DNA from: an uncultured Lentisphaeraceae bacterium
Lineage (GTDB): Bacteria > Verrucomicrobiota > Lentisphaeria > Oligosphaerales > Oligosphaeraceae
DNA length: 53,408 nucleotides
Reading direction: 5' to 3'
Assembly: GCA_964407145.1 (NCBI GenBank)
Contig: CAYOUR010000002.1
Location: 1-53,408, forward strand
Part shown: positions 1 to 9,498 of the stretch, piece by piece
Layout: each line of letters begins with the position of its first letter
How positions within the stretch are numbered: position 1 is the stretch's first letter
Program-made: the position numbers and the translations under genes
Notes under the pieces: model-generated
What the model was told of the DNA's origin: nothing
What the model saw: the letters and a program-made list of their open reading frames with translations, nothing else
Database searches by the model: none

Positions 1-74
1 AGCCATCAGGCTGCCGTATGCAGTCCAGCCTTCAGGCTGCTGTATGTAGTCCAGCCTTCAGGCTGCCGAACATA
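1..74. repeat. Tandem ~26-nt repeat, about 3 units, first unit cut by the window edge
   Basis: Units 1-22 (partial), 23-48 gtccagccttcaggctgctgtatgta and 49-74 gtccagccttcaggctgccgaacata, read directly. The minus strand carries GGAC once per unit. Confidence 0.85.
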
Positions 75-145
75 GCCATGGCTCAATGGTCAATCAGTGA
101 CCGACTACACGTCTTGGCTTTCCTGCCGGTCTTGTGCGGCCCGGC

Positions 146-186
146 AAAAAACTGGCCGACGGAACGCAGGTGGTTCCGTCGGCCAG
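146..186 (-). terminator. Rho-independent terminator of rpsU
   Basis: 14-bp perfect stem ctggccgacggaac (152-165) / gttccgtcggccag (173-186) with a 7-nt loop. On the minus strand it is followed by TTTTTT (146-151). It lies 25 nt downstream of the rpsU stop. Confidence 0.8.
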
Positions 187-210
187 GGTGGAGGCGGTCA
201 TTTGTCCCGG

Positions 211-372
211 TCAATGAGACCGGCGGCTTTCGCGGCGTTTGACCTCGCTCGGTTTTTCATAGTGGCGGCGGTTGCGCAGCTCCTTCATCGTACCTTCCTT
301 GTCCATCTTCTTCTTCAGACGGCGAAGGGCGCGTTCGATCGGTTCGCCTTTACGGCATTTGATGTCTGACAT
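211..372 (-). CDS. rpsU: 30S ribosomal protein S21 (53 aa; below the ORF-track length cutoff)
   Basis: Hand translation MSDIKCRKGEPIERALRRLKKKMDKEGTMKELRNRRHYEKPSEVKRRESRRSH* matches the S21 family pattern. SD-like GGGGGTGA lies upstream and the terminator above lies downstream. Confidence 0.9.
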   Translation of the reverse strand: MSDIKCRKGEPIERALRRLKKKMDKEGTMKELRNRRHYEKPSEVKRRESRRSH

Positions 373-487
373 GTGTTGCTCACCCCCTTTGCTCGTCTTT
401 GCTGGTGGAAAATGAAAAAAAAACAGGTGTCCTCAAGATGAGCCTGATGAAAGATCATACTATAAATGTCGACTCGCGGAATACAAT

Positions 488-1915
488 TCAGCGGACGTTG
501 TTTTTCACCCATTGGCGGGCGAACGCCAGGATTTCGAGGTTGAGGGGAATCAGTTTCGGTTTTTTGGCGAAGTTCGCCTCCAGGGCTTTGGTGAAGGCCT
601 GCTCCGGGAGCCTGGTGATGCCCAGTTCGAGCATGACGCCGAACATGATGGTGTTGGCGGCCTTGCCGGAGCCGGCCTGCTCCGCCAGGTCCTGGGCCGG
701 GACGGCGACACCCTTGACGCCGGCCGGCATTTCGACTTCGCCGATCTGGGCGTCATACATGATGATGCCGCCCGGCTTGACATCGTTCTTGAAGCGTTCG
801 AACGAAGGCCGGTTCATGGCCACCAGCAGATCCGGATGGTAGACCACCGGCGAGCCGATCGCCTGCCGGGAAATGATCACCGAGCAGTTCGACGTGCCGC
901 CGCGCTGCTCCGGACCGTAGGACGGATACCAGGAGACCTGCTTGGCGGCCGCCTGCGCGGCCTCGGTCAGCATGATGCCCAGGCTCAGCACGCCCTGGCC
1001 GCCAAAGCCGGAAATCTTCACCTGCGTCTCCGGAAAATCGCCGTCGTCATGCCGGATGGGCGGCGGGATGGCGGCCAGGTCGAACAGGGCGTCCAGGCTT
1101 GCCTTGGTGAGGTCGCTGGCCGCACGCTCGATGGGCTCCGCCTCCGCCGTCCGGTCGCGGAAGTTGCCCAAGGGGAATTCGCGGGCCATCTGTTCGTTGA
1201 TGAAGTCGTTGTTGCCCACCGAGGACTGGCCCAGGTTGGTCGGGCAGGGTGAAAGCACTTCGACGAAGGTGTAGCCTTTGCCGTCGCGCTGGATTTCCAG
1301 GGCTTTGCGCACGGCGCGCCGGGCGTTGCGGATGTTCTTGGGGTCGGACAGGGCCACGCGTTCGACATAGACGGGGGCCTGGAGGCTGCTGATCAGTTCA
1401 CACATGTGCAGCGGGTACCCCTGGGTCAGGGGGTCGCGGCCGTTCGGGCAGGTGACGGTTTTTTCGCCGATCAGCGTGGTCGGCGCCATTTGGCCGCCGG
1501 TCATGCCGTAGACGGTGTTGTTGACGAAAAAGACGGCGATTTTCTCGCCGCGGTTGGCGGCCTGGAGGGTCTCGTTGAGGCCGATGGAGGCCAGGTCGCC
1601 GTCGCCCTGGTAGGCGATGACGACGGCGTCGGTGGCGCGGGACACGCCGGTGGCCACGGCCGGGGCCCGGCCATGGGCGACCTGGATGTTGCCGGTGTCG
1701 AAATAGTAGTAGGCGAACACGGCGCAGCCGACCGGGCTGATGGTCACGGTGCGGTCCTGGAGGCCGAGGTCGGCCAGCGCCTCGCCGAGCAGTTTGTGCA
1801 GAATCCCGTGGCCGCAGCCCGGGCAGTAGTGGGTGGCGGACGGGGCCGGGTTGTTCTCGCCCTTGCGGGGGAACTCGCGGTAGATGCCTTTGGTGCGGAT
1901 GATTTTCTCGGTCAT
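488..1915 (-). CDS. 2-oxoacid:ferredoxin oxidoreductase, beta (TPP-binding) subunit fused to gamma subunit
   Basis: N-terminal part has HYCPGCGHG and GDGD TPP motifs. C-terminal part [13 protein letters not shown]...[11 protein letters not shown] is gamma-subunit-like. ATG at 1915 is preceded by AGAGGTGA; the track start at 1924 is GTG. Confidence 0.9.
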   Translation of the reverse strand: MTEKIIRTKGIYREFPRKGENNPAPSATHYCPGCGHGILHKLLGEALADLGLQDRTVTISPVGCAVFAYYYFDTGNIQVAHGRAPAVATGVSRATDAVVIAYQGDGDLASIGLNETLQAANRGEKIAVFFVNNTVYGMTGGQMAPTTLIGEKTVTCPNGRDPLTQGYPLHMCELISSLQAPVYVERVALSDPKNIRNARRAVRKALEIQRDGKGYTFVEVLSPCPTNLGQSSVGNNDFINEQMAREFPLGNFRDRTAEAEPIERAASDLTKASLDALFDLAAIPPPIRHDDGDFPETQVKISGFGGQGVLSLGIMLTEAAQAAAKQVSWYPSYGPEQRGGTSNCSVIISRQAIGSPVVYHPDLLVAMNRPSFERFKNDVKPGGIIMYDAQIGEVEMPAGVKGVAVPAQDLAEQAGSGKAANTIMFGVMLELGITRLPEQAFTKALEANFAKKPKLIPLNLEILAFARQWVKNNVR

Positions 1916-1927
1916 GGTGGTCACCTC

Positions 1928-2980
1928 TTACTTGCCTGCGACGTCGTTGATTTTGTCCATCACCTGGTCGAGGGTGATGAGGTTTCCGCCGAGTCGGCTG
2001 ACCAGTTCGACGGGCCGGCGGCAGGCGATGGCGAGCCGGAGATCATCGGCCAGCTGTCCATTGCTCATTTCGACGGCGATGAAGGTGACCGGCTTGTCGG
2101 CCAGGGCATGGATCTGCGTTTTCGGGAAGGGGAACAGGGTCTGGGGTCGGAACAGGCCGACCTTCAGGCCCTGGCGCCGGGCGTTGTCCATGGCGGTTTT
2201 GGCAATGCGCGAGCTGATGCCATAGGCGACCAGGACGATGTCGGCATCGTCGGTATGCTGCTGTTCGCAGCGTGATTCGGTGCGTTCAATGGCGGCGTAT
2301 TTTTCCTGCAGGTGGTTGTTGAAGTCTTCGAGCTGGGCGAAATCCAGGAAGATGCTGGTGACCAGGTTGGGCCGTGTTTCGGCCGTGCCGCTGACGGCGC
2401 GGGCGGTGTCCGTGGCGGGGGTGACGGCTTGTTCGGGGAAAGTGAACGGCTCGATCATCTGTCCGAGCACGCCGTCGGCCAGGACATAGACCGGCGTGCG
2501 CCATTTGTCGGCCAGTTCAAAGGCCAGCATGGTGCAGTCGCACATTTCCTGGACGGAATTGGGGGCGAGGACGATGTTCTTGTAGTTGCCGTGGCCGCCG
2601 CCTTTGACGACCTGGTTGTAGTCCGACTGTTCCGGGCCGATGTTGCCCAGGCCGGGTCCGGCCCGCATGATGTCGACGATGACGGTGGGCAGTTCGGCGC
2701 CGGCCAGGTAGGAGACGCCTTCCTGCATCAGGCTGATGCCGGGGCCGGACGAGGCGGTGAACACGCGGTGTCCGGCGGAGGCGGCGCCATAGCACATGTT
2801 GATGGAGGCTTCCTCCGACTCGGCCTGCAGGAATTTGCGTCCCAGCGGCGGGTAGAGGCGGGAGGCTTCGTGCAGGATTTCGCTGGCCGGCGTGATCGGG
2901 TATCCGAAGAAGCAGTCGGCGCCGGCGTAGAGGGCGCCGATCACCACCGCGGTATTGCCTTTGATGAGTTTTGTTGCCAT
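1928..2980 (-). CDS. 2-oxoacid:ferredoxin oxidoreductase, alpha subunit
   Basis: [35 protein letters not shown] is the typical Kor/Vor/Por alpha N-terminus. The stop lies 13 nt from the beta start. The track start at 2992 is TTG; ATG at 2980 is chosen. Confidence 0.9.
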   Translation of the reverse strand: MATKLIKGNTAVVIGALYAGADCFFGYPITPASEILHEASRLYPPLGRKFLQAESEEASINMCYGAASAGHRVFTASSGPGISLMQEGVSYLAGAELPTVIVDIMRAGPGLGNIGPEQSDYNQVVKGGGHGNYKNIVLAPNSVQEMCDCTMLAFELADKWRTPVYVLADGVLGQMIEPFTFPEQAVTPATDTARAVSGTAETRPNLVTSIFLDFAQLEDFNNHLQEKYAAIERTESRCEQQHTDDADIVLVAYGISSRIAKTAMDNARRQGLKVGLFRPQTLFPFPKTQIHALADKPVTFIAVEMSNGQLADDLRLAIACRRPVELVSRLGGNLITLDQVMDKINDVAGK

Positions 2981-3025
2981 GTTGTTGCCCAAGCTGGTCT
3001 ATGGTGGGGGGTGAAGGTGGGTTGG

Positions 3026-3262
3026 TCAGGATTTTTTCGGCGGGATGTGGATTTCGATGGCGTGCGGTTCCGGGCAGGTATAGAAGCAGGTCGCGCAGCC
3101 GATGCAGCCGTGTCCGAGATAGATGGCGGCGTGGTATCCGCGTTCATTGAGGACATCGCCGATGGCGAGGACCTTCTGCGGACAGGCCGCAACGCAGCGG
3201 CCGCAGGATTTGCATTCCAGTGGATTGATGACGGGGTAGGGCTTGGTCTTGTCTATGTCCAT
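3026..3262 (-). CDS. 2-oxoacid:ferredoxin oxidoreductase delta subunit (2x[4Fe-4S] ferredoxin)
   Basis: [12 protein letters not shown] and [12 protein letters not shown] motifs. The internal ATG at 3262 is preceded by AGGAGG at good spacing. Gene order is delta-alpha-beta/gamma. Confidence 0.85.
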   Translation of the reverse strand: MDIDKTKPYPVINPLECKSCGRCVAACPQKVLAIGDVLNERGYHAAIYLGHGCIGCATCFYTCPEPHAIEIHIPPKKS

Positions 3263-3430
3263 GGCGCAACGGCCTCCTGTGGATGACGTCCGGCAAAAAC
3301 CGAACGGCGGCAATTGCCGGGTCTGAGCAGGATTCCCGACAACGCCGCTGGTGGGTGAAAACGCAACAGAATAGGATATACTATAGCATCAAAAGGCGTT
3401 TTGGAAAATCGGCTGCTTCTATTCGAACCA

Positions 3431-3539
3431 CCGATGGATACCGATGTTGTCAGGCCATCAGCGGCTCCGGCTGGTTATGGACACCGATGGACACCGATGG
3501 ACACCGATGTTGTCAGGTCATCAGCGGCTACGGCTGGTT
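3431..3539. repeat. 46-bp direct repeat x2 bracketing a 10-mer (atggacaccg) x3
   Basis: Unit 1 is 3431-3476 and unit 2 is 3494-3539, with 3 mismatches. atggacaccg repeats at 3477, 3487 and 3497. Unit 2 overlaps the last 3 codons and the TAG stop of the 3528..7382 gene. Confidence 0.9.
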
Positions 3540-6500
3540 TCGGAGGGCCGGCGAGGGCCCCGGCGCCAGCTGGAAGGTCTCGCGGCAGGAGAAGGTCTGG
3601 CCGGGCTGGAGGGTGACCGGCCGGTAAATCCATTCCTGGGTCGAGGTCGTCTGGCCATTGTACAGATAATAGGCCAGGAGTGCCTGGTGGTCCGTGGTTA
3701 TGGCGAGGTGGACATTGCTGCCGGTGAAGTCGACGAAGGCGGGGCCGGGAACGGCCCGTTCGGCGATCAGGGCGCGGGGGTTGCCCAGGTCTTCCGGGCG
3801 GCCGGCGCGGCTCAGGATGAAGGTCGAGTCCTGCTTGCGGTCGGCGGCCAGGTAGCCGTTGGCGGTGGGGAAGCGGAACTCGCCGTCCAGGAGGGTGTTG
3901 GCGATGTTTCCGGGGTTGATTACGTTTCTCGTCCAGAAGGCGATGTCGAGTGGTTCGCGGCCGGTGTTGGCCAGCACGTAGTCGACGGTGAACGAGGTGG
4001 CGTCGGCCGGGACGGTGAAGGTCTTGTCCAGCTGGAGCGGGACGGCTGCGAAGGCGCGGCGCAGGGTGAGGACGGCGTTCCGGTCGCGCAGGGCGCTTTC
4101 CAGCACCTGGCAGGGTTGCTGCGCCGAGGCGTCGGAGCGGGCCGCCTTGGGCGTCCACAGGCGGCTGTCGGCCAGGACCTGGCCGCGGCCGGGGTCCGGG
4201 CAGAGACGGAGGCCGTTGGCCTGCCAGTCCAGGAGGGCGCCGCCATGTTCGGCATTGACGAACAGCTTCTGGTGCGGGGTGAGGATGGCCAGGTCCAGGC
4301 TGCCATCGCCGTCAAGGTCGGTGAAGGCCAGTTCGAGGCCGTCGTTTTTTTGGGGCTGGAAGGCGCTGGGCGCCGGACCGCCGGTGAAGGCCTGGGCATC
4401 ACGCTGCCAGGCCGTCTGGATGGCGTCCTGCGGGGGCGCCGGAGTGAAGCCGGCGGTGTCGGCGGCCGGCGCGAATTCGAGCAGCCGGGCGTCGCGCGGC
4501 GGCACGGTCACGGTCACGCGGCCGGCCGCGGCCGGGACCGTGAAGACGGTTTTGCTGACATGGTCGCGGATGACGGCCTGGGACCAGGGCTGTTCCAGGG
4601 TGATGTCGACGTAGGCGGTCAGTTCCGGATGATGATTGAGCAGGGAGACGAGGCGGCCCTGGCCGTGTTCGCGGGTGATGTGCCGGAAGGACTGTTCCCA
4701 GCGCGGGTAGCTGATGGTCATGTCCTGGCCGCCGACGGAAGTGGTGACCGTGCGGTAGGGCCGGGGAGTCACAGCCGGGCCAGGCACGGTCCGGCCGTCG
4801 AGCAGGTAGTCCTCGACGGCGGCGACTTCCGCCATGGCTTGGTCGGCCGCCAGGTAGAACATGGCGTCCAGTCGTTCGCCGGGATAGATGGACACGCCGG
4901 GGCAGCCGGTGACGGCGGCGTTCAGGCACATCATGCGGAAGCGCGGCGGGGTCAGCACCTCGTCCCGGGTCAGGTAGGTCCCGGCGCCGTCGACCGCGAC
5001 AATCGGGTAGTACGGCTTGGCCAGCGCGTCCAGGCCGACGCGCATCATGTCAAACGCCTCGGCGTCGAGGATGTGGTAGTAGCTGGCCAGGTGCATGTCC
5101 TGGTACTTCTCGTTGCGCAGGGCGTCCTTGGCAATGGCGTAGAACCGGTTCTGGTAGTCCGGCCGGGTGTAGTCGACGACGTAGTTGTAGTCGCCGATGA
5201 GCAGGAACGGAAAATGTTTTCTGGCCACGTCGAAGACCATCTTGACCTTTCCCATGGCGTTGTCGACCCGGAAATCCCGCCATTGTTCGGCGTATTGGCG
5301 TTTGATGGTCGCGGCGTCGGGGGCCTGTTGCAGGCCGATGCGCCGGGCGAAGTTGGCGCGGCAGCGGTCGCAGAAGCACCAGTCCATCGGCGCCCAGTCT
5401 TCGCTGTCCATGATCAGGACGTCGCCGGGCCGCGGGTGCCGTCGCCGGATGCCGTCGAGGATCATGGCGTCCCGCTGTTCGGTGAAGGACGGGTCGTTGA
5501 CGATGTATTCGGGGCACAGGCGGTTGATTTCCTTGCCGGTGACATCCACGACGCGGACCTTTTCCGCGCCTTCCGGGATGTATCGGTCGGAGAGTGAACC
5601 GGCCAGTTTGAAGCGCCAGCCGCGTTGGGCGAGCAGGGCGCAGATTTCGGCGTTGCGCGGGTTGTCGGCATAGCGGATGTACCAGTTGTAGCCGGCTTCC
5701 TCGATGCATCGCAGGGAGGCGAGCAGCACGTCGTCCCGGCTGAGGGCGACGTCTTCGTAGTTCCAGCGGAAGAACTGGAAGCGCTTGGGATTGGGGGTGC
5801 TGGGCATGGGCGGGAGGATGTTGAGCCGGAAGGATTCCTCGCTGTCGGCCAGGCCGTCGTTTTCCAGGTGCCAGAAGACCAGGTGGCCGTGTTTGACCGC
5901 CTCGGGTGATTCCGGCATCAGGGCGAGGACGACGCGTCGCTGGTAGGCGTATTCGCCGGGGCGTGCCAGGCGCATGCCCTTGGGGTTTTCCAGTCGCCAG
6001 CGCCGGTAGTTGCCTTCCGGCCTGGTCAGGGGCTGGCTGGTGAAGGGCTCCGGGCGCCACTGGGCGGGATGGCTGGTGAAGGCGTCGGCCAGGCGCACAT
6101 CGGCGGGCAGGTCGAGGACCAGGGCCGGCTTGACCAGCTGCGGGCCATTGCCCTTGAAATGGAACGTCAGTTTGGTGGGGCTGTCGGCGAAAGTGTTGAA
6201 CTGCGGCGGTCCGCCCAGTTGTTCCGGCGAGGTGGAGACGGGGAAGACCTTCGCCTCGATCTGACGTTCGCGCAGGCGCAGGGCGCCAGCGTCGTCCTGG
6301 CCTGGCAGAAGGGTCACCCCGGCAAACCAGACGTCGCCGGCGCCGCTGTTCAGAAGCAGGATGTTGACTTGCCGCGCGGCGGCGGGCAGGGCGAAGGTGC
6401 TGTCCATCGTGAACCAGCTGTCACGGCGGACGGCGGGAGCGAGGATTTCGCCGAGCACCTGGCCGCCGGCGTCCAGACATTCCAGGCCGAGGACGGCTTC

Positions 6501-7382
6501 GCCGGCGCCCGCGGTCCTGGCTTCCGCCAGCAGGCGGACGGCGCCGGCGCCGGGCAGGGATTCGGGCCATGGTGCGGTCAGGCCGGAAAGGGCGGCGCCG
6601 GCCGACCACTGTTGGCGGACTGCCGTCCGCCCGTCCAGGGATTCGATGGCGACGGACGAGACGTTTTCATTGCCGTGGTACTTTTTTTCCAGCCAGGGGT
6701 CAGGCAGTCCGGTGCGCGGGTTGACCGCGCCGGTGAAGTCGATTTTGGCGGTGGCGTTTTCGGGTGCGGCGGTGTCGTCGCCGGGTATGGGCAGGAGGAG
6801 CTGTGCGTCGTCGATCCAGAGGGTGCCGGCGCCGCGCAGGCGGAAGGAGAAGGTGATGGCTGTGGTGCCGGGGTTGAATTCCAGGTCATGGGTGACGGTC
6901 TTCCAGTCGAAGGTGCCGCGGTGGTTGCCGGTGTTGACCCATTGTGTCCTGGCTTTTTCCTGGTTGGCGGTGGTGATCACCAGGCAGGCGACGCCCTGGA
7001 CCGCATGGGCATAGAAACGGCAGGAGACCCGGCCCTGGACCGGCGTTGCCAGCGGGGCGGCCAGCCGGACCGTCTGGGTGAGCGTGGCGCTGTCGCGGTC
7101 GGCTTGGGTGATGTCGATTTTGACGGCGCGGCCGCCCGAGGCGTAGAGGCGGTCATCGAGCGAGATGCTGCCCTGGACCGTGGCCGGCACCCCGCGGTTC
7201 CAGCCGCCGGCAAAACCGGTCCTGGCATCGACTTCCTCAAACCCGGGATTGGTCAGCTTCGCCATGGCGGTGACGTCTTCGGCGGAGGAGGGGTGGCAGA
7301 CTGCCAGGGCGGCTGCCAATGCGCCGGCCAGCAGCAGAGATTGACTCAACGGCAGCCGTCGCGGAAGGTAAGGATTTTGCAT
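3528..7382 (-). CDS. Large secreted glycan-active protein (1284 aa): signal peptide, 2 CBM4/9-like modules, TIM-barrel glycoside-hydrolase-like core with CFCDRC motif, mutarotase-like C-terminus
   Basis: The start is moved to MQNPYLPRRLPLSQSLLLAGALAAALAVCHPSSAED, which is a signal peptide. NPGFEE...WIDDAQLL style CBM modules occur twice. The core contains DWAPMDWCFCDRCRANF. FTDLDGDGSLD lies near the C-terminal beta-sandwich. Function is inferred from motifs only. Confidence 0.7.
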   Translation of the reverse strand: MQNPYLPRRLPLSQSLLLAGALAAALAVCHPSSAEDVTAMAKLTNPGFEEVDARTGFAGGWNRGVPATVQGSISLDDRLYASGGRAVKIDITQADRDSATLTQTVRLAAPLATPVQGRVSCRFYAHAVQGVACLVITTANQEKARTQWVNTGNHRGTFDWKTVTHDLEFNPGTTAITFSFRLRGAGTLWIDDAQLLLPIPGDDTAAPENATAKIDFTGAVNPRTGLPDPWLEKKYHGNENVSSVAIESLDGRTAVRQQWSAGAALSGLTAPWPESLPGAGAVRLLAEARTAGAGEAVLGLECLDAGGQVLGEILAPAVRRDSWFTMDSTFALPAAARQVNILLLNSGAGDVWFAGVTLLPGQDDAGALRLRERQIEAKVFPVSTSPEQLGGPPQFNTFADSPTKLTFHFKGNGPQLVKPALVLDLPADVRLADAFTSHPAQWRPEPFTSQPLTRPEGNYRRWRLENPKGMRLARPGEYAYQRRVVLALMPESPEAVKHGHLVFWHLENDGLADSEESFRLNILPPMPSTPNPKRFQFFRWNYEDVALSRDDVLLASLRCIEEAGYNWYIRYADNPRNAEICALLAQRGWRFKLAGSLSDRYIPEGAEKVRVVDVTGKEINRLCPEYIVNDPSFTEQRDAMILDGIRRRHPRPGDVLIMDSEDWAPMDWCFCDRCRANFARRIGLQQAPDAATIKRQYAEQWRDFRVDNAMGKVKMVFDVARKHFPFLLIGDYNYVVDYTRPDYQNRFYAIAKDALRNEKYQDMHLASYYHILDAEAFDMMRVGLDALAKPYYPIVAVDGAGTYLTRDEVLTPPRFRMMCLNAAVTGCPGVSIYPGERLDAMFYLAADQAMAEVAAVEDYLLDGRTVPGPAVTPRPYRTVTTSVGGQDMTISYPRWEQSFRHITREHGQGRLVSLLNHHPELTAYVDITLEQPWSQAVIRDHVSKTVFTVPAAAGRVTVTVPPRDARLLEFAPAADTAGFTPAPPQDAIQTAWQRDAQAFTGGPAPSAFQPQKNDGLELAFTDLDGDGSLDLAILTPHQKLFVNAEHGGALLDWQANGLRLCPDPGRGQVLADSRLWTPKAARSDASAQQPCQVLESALRDRNAVLTLRRAFAAVPLQLDKTFTVPADATSFTVDYVLANTGREPLDIAFWTRNVINPGNIANTLLDGEFRFPTANGYLAADRKQDSTFILSRAGRPEDLGNPRALIAERAVPGPAFVDFTGSNVHLAITTDHQALLAYYLYNGQTTSTQEWIYRPVTLQPGQTFSCRETFQLAPGPSPALRNQP

Positions 7383-7519
7383 GATTTTTCGCAGTGGTTG
7401 AGGTTGGATTTGTGCAGATGGACGGTGGCGGCGGAAAATCGCAGTCGGCCCGGAAATTTTATGGCGAAGCCAACATTCAACGTGGTCCTGGCCGGCATGG
7501 CTCTTCGGCTTCCAAGGCA

Positions 7520-7695
7520 ATGCTCTTCACTGATGCGTAACCAGGGCTGGAAACATGGGACCCATAGGACAGTGGAATGGGACGTATAGGACCTATAGGA
7601 CGTATGGGACGGTGGAATAGGACAATAGGACAAATATGCACTTGGTTTATTGAAGTCGCCCAAAGCCATACTGAACCCTTAAGCAAGGAGTATGG
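7520..7695 (+). repeat. ~176-bp repeated intergenic element, copy A, with an internal GGAC 9-mer array (7557-7631)
   Basis: About 90% identical by eye to 45276-45452 in the same orientation. It is flanked by a perfect 14-bp direct repeat ggcttccaaggcaa at 7507-7520 and 7696-7709. Confidence 0.85.
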
Positions 7696-7794
7696 GGCTT
7701 CCAAGGCAACATGTTTGGGGAATTTGTTGGGGTTTGGTCGACTTCAAGGAGTAAAAAGTGTCAGACGGTATCAAGGCGCCTGCTGTGCGCGGGG

Positions 7795-8649
7795 CTATCT
7801 GGCCTGGACCACGGCGAAGCGGTGTCGCCGGAAATGGGTCAGGAGGCTTTCCCGGCCGACCAGATGGCCGGCGCCGACGGCGACCAGGATGCGGCGGCCC
7901 AGCCGGTTCTGGTGTTCCAGTTGCGAAAACCAATTGCGGTTGCGCTGTTGCAGCATCTGCTCGCGTTGGTCCGGTTGTCCGGCAAAGCTGCGGCCGATGA
8001 GTCGTGCCAGGGGCTGGGCTGCGCCCTGGCGCCAAAGGGCCAGCAGGCGCCGGGAGAAGTCCGGCATGGCGTCGAGTTCATCAAGCATGTTGAGGATCAG
8101 GGCCTCGTCGGAGCCGGCCTGGATGGACGCGAGCAGGTCGAGCTGCTGTTCCGGCGTTTCCAGGCAGAGAGTCTCCTTGGCGTCAGCGGCCGTGCGGCTG
8201 AACAGGAATGAATCAAGGCCGAGGGCCGAGGCCAGGCCGGAGCGACGCAGGGCGGTTGAGGTCAATGTCGAAGCGCAGTACCAGGGAGCCAGGGTGCTGA
8301 TCAGCGCCGCGGAATAGCCCAGTTTGGCGGCTGCGGCCTGCAGGCGTTCCCAGGTGGTGGCGGTCAGTTTTCGGGGCAGGGCGTCTTCGGGCGGCAGGGC
8401 ACCGCGCTGCCCGATGGCGGCGGCAAAGGCCGGGGCCGATATCTGCCGCAGGTCGGTCTCAAAGGCCACCAGGTCGGCGGCGGCATAGGCGCCCTCGACC
8501 GTGTCAGGCAGGGGGTACATGTCCGGGGCGCCGAAATGCAGCACGCCGAGAAAGGCGATTGGCGGCCGGCCGGTCCGGGTCGCCGTCCACAACAGCGGCC
8601 GGGACGGTGGGGCGGCGCCGTCCGGCAAGTTGGTCGGGGCATTTTCCAT
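7795..8649 (-). CDS. TraB/GumN family protein
   Basis: Family-typical blocks: IAFLGVLHFG...AAADLVAFETDL and RILVAVGAGHLVG. Confidence 0.8.
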   Translation of the reverse strand: MENAPTNLPDGAAPPSRPLLWTATRTGRPPIAFLGVLHFGAPDMYPLPDTVEGAYAAADLVAFETDLRQISAPAFAAAIGQRGALPPEDALPRKLTATTWERLQAAAAKLGYSAALISTLAPWYCASTLTSTALRRSGLASALGLDSFLFSRTAADAKETLCLETPEQQLDLLASIQAGSDEALILNMLDELDAMPDFSRRLLALWRQGAAQPLARLIGRSFAGQPDQREQMLQQRNRNWFSQLEHQNRLGRRILVAVGAGHLVGRESLLTHFRRHRFAVVQAR

Positions 8650-8691
8650 GACGTCGGTTCGTGCCCGGCCGCGGGTCGGCGGCAGGTGTGA

Positions 8692-9498
8692 TCAGACAAA
8701 TCGGCGGAAGAAGGCGGCTTCCTGCCGGGCGAAGTCGTCGAACTGCTCCTGGGGGACGGCATATTCGCAGTGCACGGTCACCGGTCCCGTGAACTGGTGC
8801 TGTCGGAGGACGTCGAAGACCTGGGTCCAATTGACCATGCCTTGTCCGGCTGGTGTCAGGTGGCGGGTGGCCTTGCCGTGGCCGTTGCATTCTTCGCGGA
8901 CCAGGGTCATGTCCTTGGCGGAAACGATGCTCAGCCAGGGCTTGAGCATGGCCGCGGCCATGGCGAAATCCTCGCCTTCCACCCGCAGGTGCGCGGGGTC
9001 GATATAGGCGCCGAAAAGCTGCGGGTCAAGTCCCTGCAGAAGATGGGCCATGGCCGCGCCATTGAGGCCGAGGTTCTTGTTGCTGTGGGTGTGGTAGCAG
9101 ACTTTGACGCGGTATCGGCGGGCAAGGGGTCCCCAGGAGAGAATGGCGGCCCGCGCCCGGGCCAGCTCGTCGGCATAGTTCATGGTGTCCGGATGGAAGG
9201 GGAAGTAGCCGAGTTTGAGCAGGCGGACATTGGCGGCGTCCATCGCGGCCAGCAGGGCTTCGGCGCCAGGCTGCTCCGGTCGGAGCAGAGCGCCCTCGCC
9301 GGTGACCATGCCGATCTCCAGGCCGTGGTCCCGGAGAATTCCGGCGGCGTTGAGCAATTCCTCGGGACGGTCCGGGCTGACCGGATGGCCTTGGCGGACG
9401 CAGAGGTCAAAGCCGTCCAGCTGCCATTGCCGGCCCAGGCGGGCCAGCTCGACCATGGAACGCTGCGGCATCAGCTTGGTAAACATGAGCAGTTGCAT
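8692..9498 (-). CDS. Sugar phosphate isomerase/epimerase (xylose isomerase-like TIM barrel)
   Basis: VKVCYHTHSN...GAYIDPAHLRVEGED pattern. The track start at 9516 is TTG; the first ATG at 9498 is chosen and remains uncertain. Confidence 0.75.
   Translation of the reverse strand: MQLLMFTKLMPQRSMVELARLGRQWQLDGFDLCVRQGHPVSPDRPEELLNAAGILRDHGLEIGMVTGEGALLRPEQPGAEALLAAMDAANVRLLKLGYFPFHPDTMNYADELARARAAILSWGPLARRYRVKVCYHTHSNKNLGLNGAAMAHLLQGLDPQLFGAYIDPAHLRVEGEDFAMAAAMLKPWLSIVSAKDMTLVREECNGHGKATRHLTPAGQGMVNWTQVFDVLRQHQFTGPVTVHCEYAVPQEQFDDFARQEAAFFRRFV

Noticed and set aside
3444-5597. 717-aa plus-strand ORF, and similar long ORFs at 6069-7589 (+), 38568-40898 (-), 40929-42353 (-), 17759-19348 (+), 12790-13845 (-), 15982-17193 (-) and 43230-44624 (+)
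   Set aside because: All lie antisense to, or out of frame with, genes that have clear family motifs. Their translations are Gly/Arg/Ala/Pro/Asp-rich low-complexity strings, typical of stop-codon-poor frames in about 65% GC DNA.
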